Made by a program: the position numbers and the translations under genes. Positions 1 through 7,361 of a stretch of DNA of 64,000 bases are shown in pieces. Source of the stretch: Myxococcota bacterium (GTDB taxonomy: Bacteria > Myxococcota_A > UBA796 > UBA2385). Location: the NCBI GenBank assembly GCA_044344255.1, contig JBIJDH010000014.1, forward strand, positions 1-64,000, in the 5' to 3' direction. A model generated the notes under the pieces. The model did no database searches. It was not told the origin of the DNA and saw nothing but the letters and a program-made list of their open reading frames with translations. The stretch's first letter is position 1, and each line of letters begins with the position of its first letter.

Positions 1-127
1 CGCTCGCCCCCGCCGCGCTCCGCCGAACGCGCCTCCGCGGTGCGCTCGATCTGCGCGCCCGGTGGAGGCTCGATCACCCGATCAGTTTGGCCGCCCCGAC
101 TGCGGTCTGATGAGGCGCCCCTTGACA

Positions 128-248
128 GCAGATCGCAGGGAACGGAACGAACGGTGAGGAGCGTGCGTGCCGCGGCCGTCGTAGACGTGCGCAGCTACAC
201 CCGCCTCCGCACGGGCTCGGCCCGGGGCGCGGCGGAGGCCGCCGAGCG
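128..248 (+). repeat. 121-bp direct repeat, copy 1 (copy 2 at 6962-7082)
   Basis: gcagatcgcagggaacggaacgaacggtgagg...gccgagcg recurs at offset 6834 with 4 mismatches (manual alignment). Confidence 0.95.
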
Positions 249-455
249 GTTCTTCATCGTGACGCAAATGATGCCGACCGAGGAATTGGACAGCCGGTGG
301 CCGATCTCTGGTGACCACGGGGCACCGGCATCGATCTCCCGGGAGAACCAAGGTTCGGTGGTCTGGAGGATGCGTTTGAGCCACCCAAGTAGGGCGGAGG
401 CGACGGCCTTGGTCCGCTCTCCCGACCACGAGAGGAAACGGGGGGTCTTGGGCAA
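249..455 (-). pseudogene. 3'-truncated TIR-domain protein
   Basis: FLSWSGERTKAVASALLGWLKRILQTTEPWFSREIDAGAPWSPEIGHRLSNSSVGIICVT matches the bacterial TIR N-terminal half; similarity stops at the repeat, before the W..FEAG region. Confidence 0.8.
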
Positions 456-552
456 GGGCTCACGTTAGTCTTGAAGGGCCCGGTGAACTATCAGGTCGGG
501 TCGAACCCTCGGGGCCCAGACCAGCCTGTTCGCGGGTTCATCCTCGATGCGG

Positions 553-1839
553 CTAGTTGTTCTCCGGTTCGCCCCTCAACCTCCGTTCGATGAGCGCCTT
601 TGCCGCTTCCATCTCGGGTTCGCCAGCAAGTTCAGCCCTGTCTGCTCGAACCACCTCATCCTTCCAAGCAAGTAGGGACCGAGGGGAAAGCTCTCCGCTC
701 CGCAGTAGGTCCCAGGACATCCTCATCTCCCGGTACGCCTCGTCGTTGGCTGGTCTTCGGAGGATTGCCTCTTTGCTCATCTGAACCAGCACACCAATGC
801 CGGTGGAGATCGACGTTTGCATGTGCGCAAGCCACCGTTGCGGGTCCTCGCTCTCGTGTTCGTGAAGGTGCATCTCGGTAATCATCACCAGCGCACCAAC
901 CACGCCAAGGCCCGTGTAAAAGTCCGATGCCGCTGGGCCTGATCGGAGGAGGTCGATGACGTGTGCGCGTGCATCTGCACTGTGCGCGAAGATCTCTTCT
1001 CTGGTCACGGGCGGGAGGCTTGGAACAGATGCGCGGAGCGCGAATGCCAGCATGCCCATCGGCTGCGAGTCCGGCAAGGAACTGAACCAAGCGAGGTAGG
1101 CGAGGACCGGACGTTGAATAGTAGTGGACGCGCTGGTTCCTTCTACCAGGAGCCTTCGGCCCTGTTCGGCTTTTCTGGCATTTACCCCCACCATCTCCAA
1201 CGTGAACTGATCCTTGAGTTTGGTCTCTTCATCCCTCTTTCCGAGCAACGCCTTCACCTCCGCAAGCTCCTTTTTCAGAGCCTCGGCGTCGTCGATCGAG
1301 TCTCCTCGTACCCACCCAACGAACTTGTGCTTGCGCTCCAGTTGTGGGACGGCCTTGTGGATGGCCAGCTTGAGCTCACTAGTCTCGTGGAAGAACGCGC
1401 TGGTCTTCGACAGCACAGTGGTTCGGAAGGCATCGAGTTCCTTCGGGTGCTTCATCTCCAGTACGTCGTTTGGGTCGAGGTTCGCATCCGAGAGCCTCTT
1501 CTGCCTCGCCCTCCTCCAATCCTCGGTCGCGACGACTGCGAAGAGGGGCTTCTTAAGCGAGAGGGCGTGCTCATACTCCAGGTGCGTGTAGCTCTTGCAA
1601 CTGGTTGGTTCGATGCTCCCGTAACGGTGCCCCAGGATGAGGAGGTAGGCGTCGGACTCCTCGATCCACTGCTTGATGGTCTCAAGCTGGGATTCGTCCC
1701 CGGCGGCGAAGAGCTCCATTCCGGCCGGGACATGCCCAAGATCGAGGATGGTCTCCACGGCGGCCTGCCTCTCCTCCTTCAGGTCGAGGTAGGTGGAGCT
1801 CACGAAGACCTGAAGGCGGCGTTTCGGGACGGTGGACAC
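553..1839 (-). CDS. DUF4062 domain protein with coiled coil and unknown C-terminal domain
   Basis: RLQVFVSSTYLDLKEERQAA...GMELF...YLLILGHRYGS...SYTHLEYEHA is the DUF4062 signature. Confidence 0.9.
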   Translation of the reverse strand: MSTVPKRRLQVFVSSTYLDLKEERQAAVETILDLGHVPAGMELFAAGDESQLETIKQWIEESDAYLLILGHRYGSIEPTSCKSYTHLEYEHALSLKKPLFAVVATEDWRRARQKRLSDANLDPNDVLEMKHPKELDAFRTTVLSKTSAFFHETSELKLAIHKAVPQLERKHKFVGWVRGDSIDDAEALKKELAEVKALLGKRDEETKLKDQFTLEMVGVNARKAEQGRRLLVEGTSASTTIQRPVLAYLAWFSSLPDSQPMGMLAFALRASVPSLPPVTREEIFAHSADARAHVIDLLRSGPAASDFYTGLGVVGALVMITEMHLHEHESEDPQRWLAHMQTSISTGIGVLVQMSKEAILRRPANDEAYREMRMSWDLLRSGELSPRSLLAWKDEVVRADRAELAGEPEMEAAKALIERRLRGEPENN

Positions 1840-1894
1840 AGGCTACCCCGGAGATGGCTCCCGACCACGTAGCAGATCAGGCCCCGTCCTCCCA

Positions 1895-2665
1895 CTACCT
1901 CTGGTTCTGCTTCATCTTGTCGATCCACTTGATGATCGCGTCGACCCGCTTCGCTGCCTCCTCGTCGTTCGCGATGTCGCTGCTCAGGATGCGATAGATT
2001 TTCACCCCCTCGAACTCAAGCGGGGCGACCCTCTTCTGTGCATCGGCCGGAGACTCGCGATGCACCGTGTTCCCGTCGACCTCGATCTGGTAGACGATCC
2101 CGTCCTTGATGATGAGGAAGTCCGGCTCCAAGCGATGGTAGCTCTTCCCTCCCCGGATGAAGACCGGCAAGGGGGCGAAGGTGAGTGATCGCGCCTTGAG
2201 AGCCTTGTACAACCTCACCTCTGGGGGTGACCGAAAGTGGAGCCCGTCCTGCTCGATGGGTGCGGGGTTGTTTGACCGGACGCGGGCCTGGTTGTTGATG
2301 TTCTTCCCCCTTAACCACGCCTTCCCCTCCTCCCGCCACCCGTTCGGGACCGACTGCGGACGCGGAAAGATGCCGACAGAGCTGAGATCCTCGTTCTCCG
2401 TCAGGGCGAGAAGCGGTTCAGCTTCCGAACGGACGAACTGGCAGATCCGCTCTCGATCCTCGGGCGTCAGTGTGGCGTAAAGCTGCGCATCGACCTCAAG
2501 TCGAAGGCTGACGTGGTACATTCCGCCGTTCCAGTTGTCGTAGCACTCCGACTTCTGATCAACGAGTGCATCCGAGAGGACGGCGACGGAGAAGGCGTCG
2601 CCTCGATGTCTTGCCATCTGTGCGAGGCTGAAGAGAAGGGTGTCGTCGGAGCCAGTTTCCGCCAC
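1895..2665 (-). CDS. YDNWNGG-motif N-terminal domain fused to a PD-(D/E)XK (DUF559/Vsr-like) nuclease; start uncertain (2665 GTG assumed)
   Basis: YDNWNGGMY near the N-terminus; RSPPEVRLY...LEPDFLI...QIEVDG..HRE nuclease motif. Confidence 0.75.
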   Translation of the reverse strand: MAETGSDDTLLFSLAQMARHRGDAFSVAVLSDALVDQKSECYDNWNGGMYHVSLRLEVDAQLYATLTPEDRERICQFVRSEAEPLLALTENEDLSSVGIFPRPQSVPNGWREEGKAWLRGKNINNQARVRSNNPAPIEQDGLHFRSPPEVRLYKALKARSLTFAPLPVFIRGGKSYHRLEPDFLIIKDGIVYQIEVDGNTVHRESPADAQKRVAPLEFEGVKIYRILSSDIANDEEAAKRVDAIIKWIDKMKQNQR

Positions 2666-2743
2666 AAGAGCCTCTGGGACAAGCGATCCGCAGCTCCGTA
2701 GCCCGATGTCCCTCCCACGGCAGGCCCCAAGACCCGCCAAGGT

Positions 2744-3005
2744 CTACAGGGCTCTCGGTGCCCTCGACATCCGGATGTGCCCTTTGAGCGGCCATCTGAC
2801 TGCTGCGGTCGCGGTCGGCTCTTGGGTGCCCTCGCAGTCCTCGCCAGTTTCCAGGGCCACCCACAGATGGCGCCTCACGAGGTCTCGGTTGATCGTGCCG
2901 ATCACCTCGCCCGGAATGCCGGTCTTCACGAGACGTACCTGACGGAGGCCGTACCCGTCTGGGGACTCAGCTCTGGCCAGCAGGTTGCCGATGGTGACCG
3001 ACATC
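2744..3005 (-). CDS. small hypothetical protein (MSVTIGNLL...); start coordinate approximate
   Basis: ORF with protein-like composition, co-oriented with neighbours; no motif recognised. Confidence 0.35.
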
Positions 3006-3195
3006 GTGCGCATCTCCCGAGTAGCCCGGCACCCCACACCCGGCAGGCCCCCGCAACCGAGATGGCCGTTGTGCGGGGCTCGGCACCCGCGGTACCTACG
3101 GTCCCGTTCGTGATGCCGGTCCACGATCCGATCGACGTGGACGTCCAGCTGGATTGAGGCCTGTGGAGGGGGGGTGTCTCGGACATAGGATTCTC

Positions 3196-3582
3196 TCAGC
3201 CCGTGAAAAGCATCGATTCCGCCCTACCCATGAACGCAATTATCTGCTCCGCATCAACACCGGTCGGTGTCGATCGAGCCCACCTGACAACCTCTTGATA
3301 GTCACCCGCGAAGAGCGGGATGGCCGGGCCTCCATCCCGAGTGGGTAAGACGTTTCCCTCTCGAAATACCTCCCAGTGCCCTCCAAAAGCACTGATGGAA
3401 ACGTTGGAAACAACGTGATTGATAACCTCGGCCCGTGCTCCGATGGCGACATTGATGTGCCTGGCTGCGCTAAGCGCGTCGGGAACATTGACCCATTCTT
3501 TGCCGTCCCTCCTAACTGACCACTGGCCATCGTCTTCGCGCACCATCTTGAAGCCCGGGAACATGTATGTGGTCACCGCCAC
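3196..3582 (-). CDS. hypothetical protein
   Basis: 128-aa ORF, GGAGGT RBS upstream of GTG, protein-like composition. Confidence 0.6.
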   Translation of the reverse strand: MAVTTYMFPGFKMVREDDGQWSVRRDGKEWVNVPDALSAARHINVAIGARAEVINHVVSNVSISAFGGHWEVFREGNVLPTRDGGPAIPLFAGDYQEVVRWARSTPTGVDAEQIIAFMGRAESMLFTG

Positions 3583-3655
3583 ACCTCCACCGCTCGCATA
3601 GCAGGGCGCTCTCCGCTCGTCAGCCTTGCTTGCGGAGACCGGGGCAACAGGGACG

Positions 3656-3742
3656 GTGCCGCCCTACCTCGCGGCCTACGCCCTCCACACGACGGCCGCG
3701 AACATCGTGTTCCTCGTCGAGGCGGCCAAGGCGATGCCGTAG
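3656..3742 (+). pseudogene. C-terminal fragment of an Abi_C/HEPN-like (STM4504/CBY_0614-like) protein
   Basis: Translates VPPYLAAYALHTTAANIVFLVEAAKAMP*, resembling the conserved C-terminal helix of that family; no upstream gene body. Confidence 0.5.
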
Positions 3743-3792
3743 ACAGACGATGCGGCAACAAGTCCAAATGCCATCGGGAGGTGGAAGCTCAT

Positions 3793-4845
3793 CTACGCTT
3801 TCAGTGGGAAGAGGACCGCCATCGCTTCACTTGTAGTGAGCTTCGGGTTCTTGACGACCATGGCGCGGAGGCTTGACAAGACCTCTAGAGGCATCTGATA
3901 AGTACGGCGAAATGCCAGTGAGTCGACGGCTCCACACGATACTTCGTATTCCAGCGGGCCGTCGAATGGGGGTATCAACCCCAAAGTCACCGTGCAGACC
4001 CCAATAGTAGCCCCCGGAGGCAAGGGGACACCTACGTCCCCGATGAAGGTGTGAAAAAGGTTCAACACGGATGTTTTGAAGAACTTGTCCGCTTCCAGCC
4101 CATCTACGGAAATGTGAGTGGTTGACGGGATGCGCGTGATCGAGACGTTCAGGTACGGGTGATAAGCCATGCCCTGTCCCATATTGCGGAGCAAAAATGC
4201 CTGCCGAACAATCAACGGAGAATCACCGCTGTCCACAAACGGGCGCAGTCCTCCAGTCACGTTGGAGACGAATACCACTTCAGGAGGTGGGGTCCTCCCG
4301 AACATCGACGCGAGGATGTCGTGCGGCACGGCGTGAAAGCTCTCGCCCGCGCGGAAGAAGTACTTGTCGCTCTCCTTCTCCCCGAGGGTGCATCGCACCG
4401 GGCCGTATTCCCTCTGCGGGACATACGTGATGACGGCGTCCCGGCCGTTGAGGCTCGGCAACCTGACCACGTCGATTTGGATGCCTTCGAGAGGGGGCTC
4501 CGTGGCCTTGCTCTGGAGGACGAGGAGAAGCCCGGCGAAGGCATCGGCGTTCTCCAGACCGGGTCTGATACCCCTCGCCATGGGATCATTCCCGACGCAC
4601 TCGATGCCCCAGACGATGACGCCCCCGCGGGAGTTCGAGAACCCGCTCAGGGATTTCCCGAAGTTCGCGAGGTCACGTTTGTCGAGGGTGGCTCCGCTGG
4701 CTCGGGTGTAGAGCGAGGGGGCAGAATCGGGCCGCTTGAAGTCGAGGTAGACGTGCTCTGGGTCGAACTTCCTGAGCTCGGAGAGGATTTCGGCCTCGCC
4801 ACCCGCGAGGAGGCGTTCGTAGAGCTGGAGGGCGTAGGGAATCAT
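3793..4845 (-). CDS. AlbA_2/Schlafen-domain protein with beta-rich C-terminal domain
   Basis: EHVYLDFK...FGKSLSGFSNSRGGVIVWGI...KYFFRAGES. Confidence 0.85.
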   Translation of the reverse strand: MIPYALQLYERLLAGGEAEILSELRKFDPEHVYLDFKRPDSAPSLYTRASGATLDKRDLANFGKSLSGFSNSRGGVIVWGIECVGNDPMARGIRPGLENADAFAGLLLVLQSKATEPPLEGIQIDVVRLPSLNGRDAVITYVPQREYGPVRCTLGEKESDKYFFRAGESFHAVPHDILASMFGRTPPPEVVFVSNVTGGLRPFVDSGDSPLIVRQAFLLRNMGQGMAYHPYLNVSITRIPSTTHISVDGLEADKFFKTSVLNLFHTFIGDVGVPLPPGATIGVCTVTLGLIPPFDGPLEYEVSCGAVDSLAFRRTYQMPLEVLSSLRAMVVKNPKLTTSEAMAVLFPLKA

Positions 4846-5219
4846 CTGGCCCTCGGGACCAACAGTGCGAGGAGCCGTGGGAGAATCCCGGTGCTCCGGA
4901 GGAAGGACACGTTTGCGCTTGCGTCGAAGGTGTACACGAAACGACCGACTCGGCTCTCTAGCAGCACCCTCAGCACCTCCGCGAGCCGTTCATTGTTTGG
5001 TCGCGGGCGGTCATTAAAGGACGCCCTACTAATGGGCTTGCGTTCGGCGTCTCCGAACCACACATCAGGATTCCCGTCACTCCACCACCTCATCTCGATG
5101 GCGTCTTTCACGAAGCGGGGGTGGGACAATGTCAGCTCGGCGAATGCTATTAGCACTTCGAGGTCCTCCTCCTCGCACCGTTCGAAGAGCCAGCCTGCGC
5201 GCCGAAAGTACGAGTCCAC
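4842..5219 (-). CDS. hypothetical protein, stop overlaps AlbA_2 start (ATGA); start uncertain
   Basis: ORF 4842..5441 in the track; protein-like part begins near VDSYFRR; 4-bp overlap with the next gene. Confidence 0.4.
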   Translation of the reverse strand: MDSYFRRAGWLFERCEEEDLEVLIAFAELTLSHPRFVKDAIEMRWWSDGNPDVWFGDAERKPISRASFNDRPRPNNERLAEVLRVLLESRVGRFVYTFDASANVSFLRSTGILPRLLALLVPRAR

Positions 5220-5479
5220 TGGCTTCCGCTGCTGTAGATACTCGGCGGCGAGGGGATAGGTAGGATGAACGCTGTCGGCTGGAGTCCATTTCGGGAGGCT
5301 ACACGGCGGGCATCGACTTGTGCAAGGGGTTGGCACCGGTCTGCAACCCCTGCGGAGGCCCCAATCCGGGCTGAAACTGAGGAAAAGGTGGGATTCTACT
5401 CTCCGGCCCCGCGTGCATATAGTACCACGCCACCCGGACATCGGGCTGGTGCTCCTGTTCGGGAGGTCCTCGTGCGGTC

Positions 5480-5870
5480 AGCAGACCGGCGATCACGCGC
5501 GAAGTTGCTGGGGCTCCAATCACCACCGACCGCAGCCTCATTGGTAGTCCACACCGGGCGGGGGTCGCCGGCGACCACAACCAGCCATCCACGCCGAACA
5601 CTCTACGAAGCAAGTGGCCACGGTCTGTAAGACCATCCAAGCGGTTCCGGCTGACCTGCCTCCGCTCTGCTGCGGCGGCCGTCGCGCTTCACGAGCTTCA
5701 ATGCCGCGCGGACGGCTTGGTCCGCCTCCGTTGATGTGGCCACTTTCGGCACGACCCCATTCCGCCACGCGGCGTTGCCGGCGAGCACCCCTGCATAGAG
5801 CCCCCGGTCTGGAGGACTGGTTTGCGCGAGGAGGCGGGATGATCGCAGCGAGCTTTTCAACGAGCTCCAC
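5480..5870 (-). mobile_element. IS91-family transposase C-terminal remnant (frameshifted)
   Basis: Across three frames: ELVEKLAAIIPPPRANQ / LYAGVLAGNAAWR..VVP / LLRRVFGVDGW..C..PMRLRSVVIG. Confidence 0.8.
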
Positions 5871-5968
5871 TGCGGGGCCGGAGCTCGTTCATGGTTCCGC
5901 GTGGGGAGTGTGCCGCGGTGGGCGACACAGCAGCCGCAGCAGCTCGTTTCACCAGTGAAACGAGACCC

Positions 5969-6751
5969 CTACTCCTTCGGCCCGAAGCCCGGCACCTTTC
6001 GCTCGAGCTCCTTCTGAAGCGCCTCACACTGGAGCTTCATGCCCGTGACCGTCTGGTAGAGCCTCGCTGCCTCGTCCTCGTCGATCTCGTCGATCTTATC
6101 CAACCCGCCGAAGGCGATGCTGTCGCCCTCCAACAGCTTGCTGAGCTTGTGGATGGCCTTCACAAAGGCCGGCAGCGGCGGTCTCCCCGCGGCGCTCTTC
6201 TCCTTCTCTCGTAGCTTCGTCACGGCCACCTGAAGGCGGTCCTTGGACCACTCCCCGGCGACCGCCTGCCGCGCAAGGTCCTGCTTCTTCTTGGTGTCCT
6301 TCACCCCGAGGAGGAGCGTGTGGTGGGTCGGCGGCAGGGCGCTGGCCACCTCCTCCGGGAGGAGGCGCAGCTGGTCGACCACGCTCACAGCGCGCCAGAT
6401 GAAGGCGTAGGACACCCGCAGGTCGTCACGCTCCCCCAACTGGCGAAAGGTGATGTGGCCGTTGCTGCGGTCTCGAAAGTTCTCCGGCTCTCCATCAAAG
6501 AAGACGGCCAGCACATACTCACCAATCTCCCGGATGGTCTCCAGGCCCTTCACCGCGTATCTGCGGTTGAGCTCCGCCACAGCCCGGTCCAGCAGGGTCG
6601 AGTCGACCGCGCCCTCGCCGGGGAGGGGCGCCGCAAGGGCGGTGGATGAGGTACTGCCGGCCTCGCCGCTAACATCAGGCTTGGCGGCCCGGCTCGAGGG
6701 CTTCTTGGGCTTCTTGGGCTTCTTGGGCTTCTTGGGCTTCTGCGACGGCAT
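5969..6751 (-). CDS. hypothetical DNA-binding protein, DUF1016 N-terminal-like helical domain, KKP-repeat N-tail
   Basis: (KKP)n from a 9-bp repeat; LPPTHHTLLL...LARQAVAGEWSKDRLQ resembles the DUF1016_N pattern. Confidence 0.7.
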   Translation of the reverse strand: MPSQKPKKPKKPKKPKKPSSRAAKPDVSGEAGSTSSTALAAPLPGEGAVDSTLLDRAVAELNRRYAVKGLETIREIGEYVLAVFFDGEPENFRDRSNGHITFRQLGERDDLRVSYAFIWRAVSVVDQLRLLPEEVASALPPTHHTLLLGVKDTKKKQDLARQAVAGEWSKDRLQVAVTKLREKEKSAAGRPPLPAFVKAIHKLSKLLEGDSIAFGGLDKIDEIDEDEAARLYQTVTGMKLQCEALQKELERKVPGFGPKE

Positions 6752-6961
6752 GGCGGTCTTGTAGATCCTCTGCGCGGAGTGGGGAGTCTACTCCATCCGC
6801 GATATACAATTCCAGGCCCATTGTGCATCGCTCCTCGGCGGCCGCCGTTGGATGCTCCAGGGGGACCACGGTCACAGACCGGCCTCCGTGATCGCCCCCG
6901 GGGCGGCCAACGTGACCGCTGTTGGGGCGGCCTCGCCGTTCACCTCCCCGTTCCGCCACGC

Positions 6962-7082
6962 GCAGATCGCAGGGAACGGAACGAACGGTGAGGCGCGTGC
7001 GTGCCGCGGCCGTCGTAGACGTGCGCAGCTACACCCGCCTCCGCACGGGCTCGGCCCGGGGCGCGGTCGAGACCGCCGAGCG
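6962..7082 (+). repeat. 121-bp direct repeat, copy 2
   Basis: Matches 128-248 with 4 mismatches. Confidence 0.95.
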
Positions 7083-7294
7083 CGCGGTCTCGATCGACCG
7101 CTACGATCCCGGCGCGCGCTTGCTGCTCGCCCATTCGAGCTTCGCCGCCGGTGACCGCCTCAGCGCCCGCCGCGAGGCCGGCGCAGCCCGAGGCTCGACC
7201 CTGGACCAAGGGTACACAGGTCTGGTCCCCCGACGAGAGGGACGGCACGCGTTCCCCTCCCAATGCCGGTCATCGGGGAGGGCCGGTGAAACAT

Positions 7295-7334
7295 CAGAGC
7301 CTGGCACCGAGGTCCAGAGCCTGGCACCGAGGTC
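7295..7334 (+). repeat. 20-bp tandem repeat x2 (cagagcctggcaccgaggtc)
   Basis: Exact duplication read directly. Confidence 0.9.
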
Positions 7335-7361
7335 CGGGTCCGAGGTCATTACGCTGCCCGC

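Noticed and set aside
456..5400. Integron cassette array (co-oriented lower-GC genes)
   Set aside because: No recurring RYYYAAC...GTTRRRY attC structures seen between genes and no integron integrase
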